From: Bugula neritina | Taxonomy: Eukaryota; Animalia; Bryozoa | Direction: 5' to 3' | DNA: 64,000 bases | Assembly (NCBI GenBank): GCA_964035545.1 | Contig: OZ037772.1 | Span: forward strand, 2,046,001 to 2,110,000 | Part shown: in pieces, positions 1 through 12,800 of the stretch | Numbering within the stretch: the stretch's first letter is position 1 | How the letters are laid out: every line of letters starts with the position of its first letter | Notes under the pieces: model-generated | The model's input: the letters and a program-made list of their open reading frames with translations, nothing else | Told to the model about the DNA's origin: nothing | The model's database searches: none | Translations under genes and position numbers: made by a program

Positions 1-3000
1 ACACGAGTCTCTCTCCCGAGCATCAAGAGGTTTGGGGTCTCACCAGTACTGGTGTGTGGGGTGCTACGATATGCACGCATGACTTGCGGCAACACCGTAT
101 CCCATTCCTCTTGACCTCGTCCAAGGAGGAGACTCCGGAGCGCATCACCTAGCATCCGGTTGTTGCGCTCCACCACCCCGTTACCTTGAGGGTGGTAAGG
201 GGTGGTCCTGCTCTGATTTACTCCCCAGAGGTGGCAAAGGTCGCTCATCAGTTGAGACTGAAATTGAGCGCCTTGATCAGAGTGTATCTGTTCGGGAAGC
301 CCAAAATAACAGAATACATGTTGGTCTAGTGCCCTGGCCACTGTTGGGGCTGATGCATCTGGGATAGCCAGAGCATCCGCCCACCTAGTAAAGTGGTCGG
401 TTAGTACTAGGATCCAATTATTACCTCTGAGGGTCAGGGGCATGGGTCCGACCAGGTCTACAGCGACTACTTGCCAGGGCCTACCAGCATATAGCCTCCG
501 CCGTCCTGCTTCACCAGGGGGGCGGCTATGCTTACTGGCCTGGCAGATCTCACACTGTTTGACTCTGAGCCGGACGTCACGCTCCATCTGCGGCCAATAC
601 CACCGGAGTCGTAATTTGGATATCACTCGCTTGACCCCTGCGTGGGCCTGCTTGTGAGTATCCCAAATCAACTCACGGCGGATGGCTGTGGGGCAGACTA
701 CCCTCTTCCTTTCCGGGTGTCTGCCGCTGGCAGCTAGAGAGATGGTTAGCAACCCATCCTGCCCAATCCGCAGCGAGTCCCAACGCTGACAGTATAGCCG
801 GAACTCGGCGCATCCCTGTCGTATGCGTTCCTCGCTGGGTCGTCGCCCTTCCCTTTTGGCCTGGTAGATGTCTGCCACGACTCCCGGCAGCTCTTCTTGG
901 AGCTTCTTCAGCTCTCGAACATTACCGGCCAGTACAGGGTTGGCGCGGAGGTTTTGTACATCCTCCGGGGACTCATCAACTCTTTGCCTGAGTTGACCTT
1001 GATCCCAGTCAAACGGCGCTCCGTGATGAGCCAGCGTCTCCAACTCGCATCGTGGGGGACCTCCATCCCTCCTCTCGATGTTGAGACACTGTTTGCAACC
1101 TCCGTCAGGTCGGCGACTCAACCCATCCGCATTGCTGTGTCTCTTGCCCGGTCGGTGTTCGATCCGGTATGAGAATTCAGCTAGGATTTCGAGCCACCGG
1201 GCGACCTGACTGGAGGGCTCTGCTCTCCTGCACAACCAGATCAGCGAGGCATGATCCGTACGCAGCCGGAACTTCCTGCCATATAGGTATGGTCTGAAGT
1301 GCTTCACTGACTTGATTACTGCCAGCAGCTCCTTGCGGGTAGTGCAGTGATTTCGTTCAGCGGGAGAGAGAGACTTGCTGTAGTAGGCTACTACTACTTC
1401 TCGGCCTTCCTGCACTTGCGACAGCACAGCGCCAACATTCTGGTCACTGGCGTCTGTGTCTAGGATGTATTCCAGAGTGGGGTCTGGGTAGGCCAAGATG
1501 GGCGCCGTTAGGAGGCAGCCCTTGAGGCGGTCGAACGCTTCTTGTTCGACTGGAGTGCACTGCCACGTCACTCCCTTTGCGGTAAGCCGGTTTAACGGCT
1601 GGGCTATGCCCGCAAAGTCTGGTATGTATTGCCTGTAATACCCTACCAGCCCCAAGAAAGCCCGGAGTCCGGTCAAGTCTTGAGGGGTGACCCAGTCTTC
1701 TACTGCCCGTACCTTTTCGGGATCCGTTGCCACGCCGTTTCGACCGACAACGTGCCCCAGGTACTTGACCTCCGGCTGCAACAGAGCGCACTTGGAAGGT
1801 TTGAGCTTAAGACCGGCACCTCGGAGTCTCTCGAAAACCTCTTGCAGACGACTGACATGTGTCTCGAAGTCTGGAGAGATTACGATGACATCATCGAGGT
1901 AGACCAGCAGTGTCTTCCAATGGAGTCCGCTAAGGACTTGTTCCATCAGCCTCTGGAAGGTGGCTGGGGCGGAGGTTAACCCGAAGGGCAGCACCTTCCA
2001 CTTCCACAAACCGTCCCGTGTAATAAACGCCGTTTTCTCTTGGGCGTCGGGACTCAGAGGAACCTGCCAATAGCCGCTTAGCAAGTCTAACGTACTGAAG
2101 TACTTGCTGCCGGCTAGGGCGTCCAATGACTCGTCAATACGAGGTAGAGGGTAGGCATCCTGTATGGTTACGCTATTGAGTTTGCGGTAGTCCACACAGA
2201 ACCGCCAACTGCCGTCTTTCTTCCGGACCAGTACGACTGGCGAGCTCCACGCACTATGGGCGGGCTCTATCAGTCCCCGGTCCAGAAGATCCCGTACTTG
2301 TCGGCTAACCTCCTTCTCTTTCTCCGGCCCCAGCCTGCGCGTGGGCTGCCGGACAGGGACTGTCCCTGCAGTCAGCGGTATTTCGTGTCTGACAATTCCA
2401 GTCAGTCCCACGTCATTCTCCCCGCTGCTGAACACATCACCGTAGTCGCGTAGTAACTTGGCCATAGCTTGGCGTTCTCTGTTACTCGCGCAGCCGCCAC
2501 TGGCTGTTTCGTATAACTCCCGGAGATGTGTCGGGACTGCCGCTCGCCCCTGAATAGGGTGTCGAGGGGGTGCCTCCGTCGCGTCACCCAGCGACGGGCC
2601 CACGTTCTCTTCCTGGACGGAATGGAACCGGCCCAGCATTGACCCAGCTGGGAGCTCAATGGGCTCGGTAAAGGGGTTGACGCACTGCACTAAGACCTCC
2701 CCTCGCTCAGTTAGTCGGTTTAAACTACTGGCGAGTTGGATCTTTTCGTGCGCGCTTTCAACGACCCCGAGCCTGGCTATCCGGTTGCTGTTCACTCGGC
2801 AGTGGATAGTAGCTCTGAAGCGTCCGGGTACAGTGCAGTTCCGAACTACCTGAACACCGCCCACCAGAGGACGCCCAAACTTATCCACACAGGCGAGTTC
2901 TCGCCCGCCCATCAGCACCACCGACTTACTAAAATCTATTCGGCACTGGTGTTGCTTCAAGAAGGGCATGCCGAGGATAGCATCTTCCTCCAGTTGACCT

Positions 3001-3619
3001 ATGATAAAGGTCTCCTGTACAGCCTGATCTCGGACACGCCCAGGGAGCTCGATAATACCATAAAAGGGGATACATGACCCGTCTGCCAGGGTGCCATGTT
3101 CTCCAGTATACGGTCGTACTCTATCCCTGTCCCGGCGGGGCAGTGCCTCAAAGACTCTACGGCTGAGAAGGTTGGTAGTACAACCGGAGTCGAGCAGGAA
3201 AGTGACGGCGTTGCCGGCCACCTTTCCGGGTAGGAAATAGCTCTCTCCATGTGGTTGTACTTTCACCCCCCCCCCGCATGTGCTGTCCTGGTTTGACAGG
3301 ACGGCGGGGGTTTCACCCGTGGTTTACGGGGCTTCCGGCGGCGAGGTTGGTGCCGGCGGGGTTTGGGCCTCTCCACTGGGCCTTCTGGCTCCATTTCAGT
3401 GGCGGGCTCCTCCTCCCGAGGTAACCGGTGAAACCGGTTAGCGAGTGGCAGGGAAAAGGTACTGGGCCGTTGTGCGGGCCTACTAGTCCTGCGTGGTACC
3501 TGCCACTCGGGTAGAATGTTCCGCCGTGTCCGTACGGACAGACGACGGCGTGTTCCACCATACTCCTTTAGTTGCGGCCCGCGGGGAGGAAGAGTGTCCG
3601 CGGGCCGTGACAGTTTAAC
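1..3619 (-). CDS. pol: pol polyprotein of element A (linker-PR-RT-RH-IN), runs off the window start
   Basis: Manual translation is open from ~3265 to base 1 (HGESYFLPGKVAG...LLDSGCTTNLL...LLVYLDDVIV...LMLGRETRV). It is presumably absent from the ORF track because no stop lies inside the window. The upstream linker (3619-3276) is in the -1 frame of gag. A C10 run at 3266-3275 breaks the frame between linker and protease. Confidence 0.9.
3562..3619 (-). promoter_or_regulatory. Candidate -1 programmed ribosomal frameshift signal (G UUA AAC, 5-nt spacer, 10-bp stem / possible pseudoknot)
   Basis: Heptamer at 3619-3613 is in gag phase. Perfect inverted repeat CGGCCCGCGG/CCGCGGGCCG (3607-3598, 3584-3575). 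Loop ACUCUU can pair with AGGAGU (3567-3562). The -1 frame continues into pol-homologous sequence. Confidence 0.75.
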
Positions 3620-4434
3620 GCCCCCTGGTATTGGGGTCGTCCTTTCTGTCTCTGGTCCTGATCAGCGCTACTCCAGCCTTGCCCCACAGGTGTTGGGGGC
3701 ATCCGCAAGGCCTGACCGGGGCCAGCACCGGCCAGAATGGTTACCAATTGTCCCAGCATCTCTACCATACGGTCCACTTCGGCTTCCAGCGGGAGGGCTT
3801 CGGAGCCTGTCGTAGCCCGAGCAGCGCTGACTCCAACTACTGGTGGGTTCCGCTGTGCTCGATGCATTTGGGTAGCCAACAGGTAAGCTTCTCCAGCCTT
3901 CAGGGCATCCTCTATTCTGGTTATCCCTTTAGCTCGTAGGTGATGGTCTAGGCCCAGGTCGTTTAGGGACTGGACAAAGGCGTCATAGGTGTAACGCTCT
4001 TGGTGTTGTGCTGGCAGATCGCTATATGCAATCTGCGCCAGCTTCTTCACCGTCGCGGCATGTTCTTGCAGCGAGGTCCGCGGGGTGCGGCACAATCTCT
4101 CCAGCTTGGTCCTAGCGTCTATGACGGAGGTGCCAAAACGGGCCCGCAGCGCAGCCAGTATGCCGTCTACGTCCGTTCCCACTCCGTACGGCTTGGCTTG
4201 CTCCGTCACCGCTCTCCGCAATTGAATAAGGGCCACTCTATGCGGCCATTGAGCAACTTCCATTACCTCTCTAAATTCTTGTATAAATTGTTCGACATCT
4301 TCCGACCCAGTAAAGGTGGGAGCTTTCAAGTAATGTCTATAAGCTTCTTCTCCTTCATGATTCACAGGATTAACAGCATTTCTACGCTCACCTTCTACTG
4401 GGGGTGGTTGCATTCTAGCGTTTTCAGTCTCCAT
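3568..4434 (-). CDS. gag: gag of element A (288 aa)
   Basis: ORF starts just downstream of the PBS; retrotransposon capsid-like (PTFTGSEDVEQFIQEF...LRARFG); homologous to the N-terminus of the 1252-aa ORF at 50002-53760. Confidence 0.9.
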   Translation of the reverse strand: METENARMQPPPVEGERRNAVNPVNHEGEEAYRHYLKAPTFTGSEDVEQFIQEFREVMEVAQWPHRVALIQLRRAVTEQAKPYGVGTDVDGILAALRARFGTSVIDARTKLERLCRTPRTSLQEHAATVKKLAQIAYSDLPAQHQERYTYDAFVQSLNDLGLDHHLRAKGITRIEDALKAGEAYLLATQMHRAQRNPPVVGVSAARATTGSEALPLEAEVDRMVEMLGQLVTILAGAGPGQALRMPPTPVGQGWSSADQDQRQKGRPQYQGALNCHGPRTLFLPAGRN

Positions 4435-4448
4435 CTTTGATATACACT

Positions 4449-4466
4449 ATCCCACCGCTGCCACCA
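4449..4466 (-). promoter_or_regulatory. Primer-binding site (tRNA-Leu) of element A
   Basis: Minus strand TGGTGGCAGCGGTGGGAT, 1 nt from the LTR edge; complementary to the ...ATCCCACCGCTGCCA-CCA 3' end of eukaryotic tRNA-Leu; identical to 53803-53820. Confidence 0.88.
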
Positions 4467-4467
4467 C

Positions 4468-4772
4468 TGTTATAGTTTTCAGATTTAGGGTTGATGTGCC
4501 ACCAAGAGAGTCTATTTAACACTAGAGAAACTTCACCAGTTAAGTCGAGTAGATATCGTTATATTTAATACAAGAATACATAATAAAAATCCAATGTACA
4601 ACAGTAATGATACGCACGTCTATTTAGTTTACAGCACTATCCTCAACTGAGCTAGTAGCGCGAAGCGGCTACTATTACTTATCAAACAGCTTAGCTAATT
4701 GGCTAATACATTGTTCCGGGTCAATACGCAACCTTGCGTATTGTGTTGCTGGTAGCTCCACGAGCCACCACA
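4468..4772 (-). repeat. 5' LTR of element A (outer boundary approximate)
   Basis: Starts TGT next to the PBS; candidate ...ACA end at 4772 gives ~305 bp. The partner LTR is outside the window, so the outer edge cannot be confirmed. Confidence 0.6.
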
Positions 4773-5042
4773 ATAGGTGGCAGAGGGGGGAGTTTTTATT
4801 GCACGGTCGGGCATGTTTTAAAAGCGTTACATGAGCATCCTATAATCCATACAATATGCTTACCAGCCTTTTTTAAAATATCATTAATCCGCCAGCTTTT
4901 CAGCTTTTTACTACCTAAATAGTACCATGTAATATATTCTTTAGTAGATTTAAACATTTTATCTGAAGAGTGTATATTTTAACATACATGAAACTATTAG
5001 TAATAAAATGTTTTATCAATTTTAACTGTGTCATTTCAATTC

Positions 5043-5048
<6 letters not shown>

Positions 5049-5127
<79 letters not shown>
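5049..5127. repeat. (TA)n microsatellite
   Basis: Direct read. Confidence 0.98.
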
Positions 5128-5130
<3 letters not shown>

Positions 5131-6904
5131 GCCAAATATTTACTACAAAATTCAAAAATAGCATAAATTAAGTAGTATTACCGTGCCTATTTGCATCCAA
5201 TTAACTAGTCTTACATTTATAGCAACTGTAACGTATTTTGTGTATGATGGTTATTGCAAGCATTATTCAATTCATATTCACATTAAAATCACAGCGAAGC
5301 TTTAACTTTATAGCTTTGTATTCATGTGCATGATTGAGTTTTAATTTTTCTTTTAATTTTATGTGCATTAAAAATGTGTTTAAAAACTTTACCAATAAAA
5401 AAAATTTAAAAAAATGTACACATAAAATAAAAAAAAAATAAAATAACAAAAGTGGCAAAGTTTTTCCTTTATAACTTATATAGACTCGCGGTACCAATCT
5501 CGGCATAATGGCGCCCATATGATTCCGTAAGATTTGCTAATGGCAACACTCTTAAATATACCACACTGAGCAAGGCTAGATAGAAATTAATGATCGATAT
5601 TGACTCGCTAAGAGTACTCATGTAAACCCGCAAACTACAACTTTTAACTTGACCGCAAAGCTGGAAGTACGATAAGCGTCGCCGTATTGATTTCAGGCGA
5701 ATTTTAGTTGATTTCTTTCAAACTGATGAGAAGTAATATTTGCTTCCATTTTATGTCTGTATCAGCCATCAGGGCTATCGCGATACAATTATAAATGTTC
5801 TTAATTCAATCAATATTATGAAATAATTAATGTAGGAAATTCAATTTTGACTATATAGAATAATCTCAATCTGAATAAGTAATATTTATTTATTGTAACA
5901 CTTGCACTTCGTCTTACTCTTAGTCTTACTCTTACAGTTACTCTTAGTCAAATAACATCAACATACTCATACTCAATCTCCAACTCAATCTCATACTGAG
6001 TCTGATACTCGTAGTCATAGTGATAGTCTTTGCCAGATTATTGCTAGATAATTTAGGCTAGTACTACTACTAGTAGTACTACTACTAGTAGTACTACTAC
6101 TAGTACTAATAATCACAGTACTAATAGTTAATGTTATAGTATTAGAGTAATACTAATACTAATAGTAATACTACCACTAGTAGTAGCAGTAGTGCTAGTA
6201 GTAGTAGGCTACATGATGATGATCATTATGATTATGATTATGAAGATGGTTATTACTATAACTATTACGGTATGAGTATAACTATAACTGTATTGGTATT
6301 TGATTTTATTTTGCATTGCTAATTGAAGACCATGCGTTAAAATTAACTGTTTCTCTCTTTTCTAAGTTACATTTCAAGTTGCACACTAATAGACATATAT
6401 GCTTTCAATTTTTTTGGTCTATCTTTAAGTTGTGAAACTTGACCAATATGACTACGACTAACTGTAACTAGAATAAAATATTGGATAATAGAGAAGTTCC
6501 ATACAGTTACACCTCCTTTGACTTGTGCTACCATCGGTAGTGCTAAAAGAGTGGAGCCAAAAAAAAGCATAATCACAGAATTCACAGCCTGCTGGTTTGA
6601 GATTTTTGTGGTCTAGAGATTGTACTGGGTTACAGAGATCTTTTTCCCCGTCTGTGAATTTTTGATCCCTGCGGTTGTTTCTGACTGTGAGTAGTTGGAG
6701 GTGTTGAGGGAGTGGGCTCACTGGGTAGGCTATATTATTGTAATCATATTAACCAACTTGACAGTTTACTAATTCATTGTCTAACTCTGTCTGTCTTAGT
6801 CTAGTAACACTATTTATTTATTTACTTATTAATTTATTTATTTGACTAAATCTTGTCTGTCTTTGTCTAGTAACACTATTTATTTATTTATTTACTTATT
6901 AATT

Positions 6905-7330
6905 TAATTAAATTACTAGTTTATATTACCAAGTTATATTACTAGTTTATATTACCAAGTTATATCACTAGTTTATGTTACCAAATTAAATTACTAGTTT
7001 ATATTACCAAGTTATATTACCAAGTTGTATTACCAGTTTATGTTACCAAGTTATATTACTAGTTAATGTTACCAAGTTAAATTACTAGTTTATATTACCA
7101 AGTTGTATTACTAGTTTATATTACCGAATTATATTACTAGTTAATGTTACCAAGTTATATTACTAGTTAATGTTACCAAGTTATATTACCAGTTTATGTT
7201 ACCAAGTTATATTACTAGTTAATGTTACCAAGTTAAATTACTAGTTTATATTACCAAGTTATATTACCAGTTTATATTACCAAGTTATATTACCAGTTTA
7301 TGTTAGCAAGTTATATTACTAGTTTATACT
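6905..7330. repeat. ~14-bp minisatellite (TTATATTACTAGT/TTATGTTACCAAG variants)
   Basis: Direct read; paralog at ~54250-54575. Confidence 0.92.
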
Positions 7331-8355
7331 GCTAGTATTCAACAACTATTCTCCATCACATCTCAACTCTGACGCAACTGCACTGACTAAACATCCCTAT
7401 AGTTTATAGTTTATGCTGAACTCTTCAGACCCTGAGAACTGTGCGTGTGGCTTCACCTGCGAGTGTGGTGCCTGTGTTGGGGTATGTGACTTTGACAGAG
7501 ACTGTGGGAAGCTGCAGATCTGTTTGGAGAAAAGATGTTATCAGCAGGCCTCACCAGATGACAGAACAGTTGTCTGGGATCTTTATCACTCAGAACTAGT
7601 AGAATGTTCTTCAGGTTTGAATGCGAAATCTTTGTTCTAAACTCTATTGGAGTTTAAAAGTGTTGCTTTCTGTTGTACTTATATCTGTGCTGGCCAGGAT
7701 TTTTGAATGATTTTTGTTATGTATTTACATAACAGAGTGTAACCTTAAAGCTGAATTTGCTTTATTTTCCACATATTTTGGTTTGCGATTTTTCAGTAGA
7801 AACGAGGCATCACACTTGGTGTGATTATCAGCATTTTTTGCAGGTGCTTCTATCCGTGTACTGACAACACAGCCTGTCCTAGTGATGGACAAATCTGTCA
7901 CCATGGTGTCTGTAAAGAAGGCTGTCAGGTGAGTAGTCGCTATGACCTACACTGCGAGTTATTGATGACTTTCATACTATGAGTTGTGACTACCTACTAT
8001 AATTTATACTGCGAGTCCAAGTAGCTGCTGTAACTTATGCTGTGAGTCATGACTAACTGAAATCACTTATACTGTGAGTCATGACTAACTGATATCACTT
8101 ATACTGTGAGTCAATTATCAAAAATAGAGATATGTTGTGTATGTGAGATATGTGAGGTTATTTAGTGACTAGTTCGCTATTTATAGAGTTTTGTTTCTAA
8201 TAATAGACTGTACTGAAAATGAACAATGTGGATCTGAGTTTACTGAATGCATATCCAACATATGCTATCAGCTTTATCCTCTCAACAATCCAGATCTTTC
8301 TGATGCTGAGCAGGACAGACTGTTTGATGATCGGCTGGACCTACAGAATGATGGT

Positions 8356-9300
8356 AAGTTACTCTGTTAGTACAGTTACTCTGTTAGTATAATTACTCTG
8401 TTAGTATAGTTACTCTGTTAGTATAGTTACTCTGTGAGTATAGTTACTCTGTTAGTACAGTTACTCTGTTAGTACAGTTACTCTGTTAGTACAGTTACTC
8501 TGTTAGTATAGTTACTCTGTTAGTACAGTTACTCTGTTAGTATAGTTACTCTGTTAGTATAGTTACTCTGTTAGTATAGTTACTCTGTTAGTATAGTTAC
8601 TCTGTTAGTATAGTTACTCTGTTAGTATAGTTACTCTGTTAGTACAGTTACTCTGTTAGTATAGTTACTCTGTTAGTATAATTACTCTGTTAGTATAGTT
8701 ACTCTGTTAGTATAGTTACTCTGTTAGTACAGTTACTCTGTTAGTATAGTTACTCTGTTAGTATAATTACTCTGTTAGTATAGTTACTCTGTTAGTACAG
8801 TTACTCTGTTAGTATAGTTACTCTGTTAGTATAGTTACTCTGTTAGTACAGTTATTCTGTTAGTATAGTTACTCTGTTAGTATAGTTACTCTGTAAAGTT
8901 GTGTTTATACCTTCACGATTTTCGCTCAAAATTTCATTTTGGCCGGGTTGAAATTTCCCCGAGTTGCATTGCATTGTAAAAGCCACTCATAAAAATTTTT
9001 GTACTGTGGTAACTTAATTGGCCAATTTCAGAATAGGAGTAATAACTCTTTGTAAACATCGTTATTTAGTTATTACTTTGGCGATTAGACAACGTACTTA
9101 TACGGTTATAATTATATAGCCTACACTTTCTCAATAATAACTTTTATGCTTTCCGCTTCACTAATTCAGTACGTTTACAAACGGCATCAAATAGCTATTA
9201 TGCGAGTCAAATTTCAATTTCAGAAAGTCAGCTGTTAGTATAGTTACTCTGTTAGTATAGTTACTCTGTTAGTATAATTACTCTGTTAGTATAATTACAG
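8356..9300. repeat. 17-bp minisatellite (GTTACTCTGTTAGTATA), interrupted by an insertion at ~8895-9230
   Basis: Direct read; the paralogous array at 55586-56645 is uninterrupted. Confidence 0.95.
8895..9230. mobile_element. Interspersed repeat fragment (unclassified), second copy at ~42300-42590
   Basis: Shares GTGTTTATACCTTCACGATTTTC...CATTGTAAAAGCCA(C/A)TCATAAAAATTTTT...GGCATCAAATAG with the ValRS intron copy; absent from duplication copy B. Confidence 0.7.
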
Positions 9301-9425
9301 TAAAAGTTTGCTAGTCATAATAACTTGCACTGTTAGTTGCTGGACAAGTTATTCTACATCTCTTGTAGCCACAACCAAAGTGGTGTCTATATATCCTGCT
9401 AGTGACTTGAGTAATGACTCATATG

Positions 9426-9870
9426 TAATTGAAATTAATTACATATCTAATGTAATTGATTTTTGCAATTACTTTACAGTTGCATCTCATTTACTTTAAA
9501 CTTTTAAATCTTAAAAAATTTATTCTTTTTTAGCATGACTACTGTTAAATAACAAGTACAGATTAAGTCAATGTAGTATAGTATCACTTTTGAGAACAAA
9601 GCATGTTCACCACTGTCAAAATTGCCCCTGCTAGGTGGACCCTAGAGGTGAAATTGCATAACTTCCATTTGTCCTTTGTGAGAACAAAAATAATTGTAAT
9701 TGTAATTATTTGCATTGCCATGTAATTGTAATTAATTGCTTTACAATGTAGTTTTGTACTGTAATTAATTACATTTATTTCAACTGTAATTATAATTATA
9801 ATTGTAATTGACAAATTATCATGTAATTGTAATTAATTACATTCACATGTAATTGACCCCAACAACCCTG
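9426..9870. mobile_element. Left-truncated copy of the hAT-like MITE at 57919-58418
   Basis: Aligns to ~58020-58418 including the right end ...GACCCCAACAACCCTG; left end removed by a deletion. Confidence 0.75.
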
Positions 9871-12800
9871 GTTTATTATGGAGCTCATACTTTTATTGTT
9901 CAAGGTCTAGATGTATTCTCCACCATGTTTTTACTAGAAGTAAACTTTAATTTGGTAATAAGTATAAAATAAACTGTTGTTTCGCATTGTACAGTTTACT
10001 ATTGCCTGAATATTGTATTGAGAATATTGGCTTAACAATTCCAGTGCAGCGATGTGATTGGCCTGACAATATCAAAGTAGTGATGTGATTGGCTACTCTG
10101 TTCTGTTTTGCAGGGCCATGCCTACTTGTATTATGTGTTAATCTTGTTTTGCAGTGAACAGAAAGGGATAATGGGTCCCAAAAGACACCTGGGATCTTAC
10201 CATGGAGAGGAAGGGTTCACCCGATGTTGATGGCCTGCCTGGTATATCCGGCAATCCTGGAGATGCAGGAGAAAGGAGACCACCTTGTTTGTCAGGAGAT
10301 ACCGGACTTTTTGGAGAACCAGGTGATGTTTATGCTCAATTGAGTTCAATCTGTCAAGTTATGTTGGGATCTTTTTCGTTTTCGTTATTTTATGTTTGTT
10401 ACGTGGAAAAAGGAAAAAACTCTGTCTTGGAGCATTTTGGTTTTTTCAGAGAGCTTTGGATTATTTGATTATGGTCTACACAGGGGTGTAGACAAACTAA
10501 ACTAGACAGGGGTGTAGGCAGACTAAACTACACAGGGGTGTAGACAAACTAAACTAGACAGGCGTGTAGACAGAATAAAATACACAGGGCTGTAAACAGA
10601 CTAAACTACACAGGGCTGTAGACAGACTAGACTAACCAGTGGTCTAGATGGACTAAACCTACTACGAACTTACAATTACCTTGCATCATGACGTCTCTAT
10701 TCTCTCCTATAATTTGACTTTTATTTAGCGAGCAGATTTCTAGTAGGCTATTCTATAGTGACCAGTCACACTGTTTGTTATAGCAACATAGAAATCAAGT
10801 TGAAAACTAGTTGCACCTGTTGTGATGCTATCAATGGGTGCTTACAGGTAGAGACGGAGTACCTGGACCTGTTGAGATCGGATATCAGGGTAAACAAGGA
10901 GATCAAGGTCCTGCTGGTAAAAATGAGGAGTTACTCACCCTTGCTTGTGTATTTCTGTTCTTTTTAGGTATTCTATAATATGCTGGGGTTTCCCTCACAG
11001 CTAGTCTGCACTAAGGCAGGGAGTAAGCTAAGTAATCATAATATTGAATTCCAGCAGTGCTTGTTACTCCAACTGACAGGATTACTGTGTATGATAGTTG
11101 CTCTGACTGGTTTTCATGGATTATTTTTACCATACTGTTTACCACATGATGCATTGTCTGAGTAAAAACAAGAAAACAAAGAAATATACCAGAAATGTTG
11201 AGAAATGTGGTGTTCCAGATTTATTAAATGACCACTTGTAATGCATACTAATGCTGCTTGGTTCATAGGACCTGTCGAACAAGCTGGAGAATCTGGTCTG
11301 GATGGCAGAAATGGAAAGACAGGAGAAACTGCACGAACTGGTATGCCTAGTCCAACCGCCTCAAGGGGGGTCACTGGAGAACCCGGATCTGATGGAAGGT
11401 ATTTTTTGTGTTTCACTTCGCCTTATTCAGCTTCTTGGAACTTTTTCCCTGATTTGGTTTTTTATAATTTGTTATCAATTTTATCAGAAACGGTTTACCT
11501 GGAGTACTGGGTGCTGATGGTAAACATGGGGAGCAGGGCGTTCGAAGATCTCCTGGCTCCATGGATCCAGTGGGAATCCCCGGTAACCAGGGACCTGAAG
11601 GTGCTCAAGGAGACAAGGGTGATAAGGTAAGAACATTCTTTATTCAGTTTTCTATTTATTTCAGTTCTCTGGTTTTCCACTAGTCAATCCTGTAGTTGTT
11701 TATTTGTTTTAGTTTATTTATGTTAATACTAGAGTTGCTTCAGTGACATCACATCATGTAATCTATTACATAACAGTGCAGTATAATACACCATAATATA
11801 ATATGTCACATAATATAATATTATTACAGAAAATATTATTCAATAATATCTCACAGCTAAGGTGTGTCTCCTAAATATATTCATTACTATAGGGGCCAGC
11901 TGGGCCACAGGGTGTTTTTGGACCAACTGGATTGTCTGGACCAGCGAGTCCACGTGGGCCAACTGGTCCTCAGGAACCCCAGGGAGCTAAGGGAGTTGCT
12001 GCCGAAATGGAACTAAAGGAAAGGATTAGGTTGAATCAATCTTTGTCCTTAGTTATTGGCCATCAACAGAAGTATGGCTCTAAGAGTTATCCTACTTGGT
12101 AAGAAGGTAAGGCAACTCCTAAGTCATGATAATATGAATGTTGCTGCTGTTGTAAGACTCACTGGTTTCCAGGGACCGCAGGGATTCCCCGGATCACTTG
12201 TTATTGCTGGACCACCCGGGCTACTGGGTGCTGATGGCAAACAAGGAATAACTGGTTCTTCTGGTGCTATGGGTGCTACGGGACCACCTGGACCTGATGG
12301 TGCTAAGGTAAACACTTGCACTGTTAGCAGGTTATTGTTATTCATCTTGTTAGTTTGGTGGTAATAAACCAATAGTCTGTATTTCTAGGGTGAACAAGGG
12401 AGAGATGGGGAAATGGGTAGTCCTGGCAGACCTGGACCTCCTGGTAAAGCCCAGTATTTGGTTAGTTATAAGTAAAACCGAATCATTGTTCATTACTTGT
12501 ATCTTTTTTATTTTTTTTCAACTGTTTATTGGTAATCTTTTGGGAATTTCATTCGTAGCCTGTGATTAAAGCTTTTATTTTATTCTACCATGGGTTATGT
12601 TAGGTGTGCCCCCTATGCTTATGAGCGCAATGATGTCCAACGGTAAAGGTGTACAAGCAGATGATGCAGGCGCCAACAATGAGCTCTATAATATATACCT
12701 CAGTGAGTAATAGCCATGATGTGCTTTGACGTTGCTTTGTAGACGTTTTAAATGCTGTTTTGGAACTCAAATGAAAGACTTGTTTCAAATTGTGTGTATG

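Larger units (their letters stand above)
1..4772 (-). mobile_element. Ty3/gypsy LTR retrotransposon A (5' LTR, PBS, gag, pol; 3' part lies outside the window)
   Basis: Minus strand order: LTR, tRNA-Leu PBS, gag ORF, then protease (LLDSG), RT (YLDD), RNase H (DTDAS...TDH), integrase (HHCC, DLVGP, SDQG, VERNN). PR-RT-RH-IN is the gypsy order. Pol aligns throughout with the element at 46524-54093. Confidence 0.96.

Noticed and set aside
3266-3275. G10 run as a second programmed frameshift in element A
   Set aside because: Element B is in frame at the homologous HAGGV site; homopolymer slippage or sequencing error is more parsimonious.
442-4440. Many plus-strand ORFs over element A (and 47200-53623 over element B)
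   Set aside because: Antisense or alternate-frame shadows of GC-rich gag/pol with no recognisable motifs.
4970-5161. IYIYIY-type ORFs here and at 15434-15814 and 34320-34652
   Set aside because: Microsatellite or minisatellite translations.
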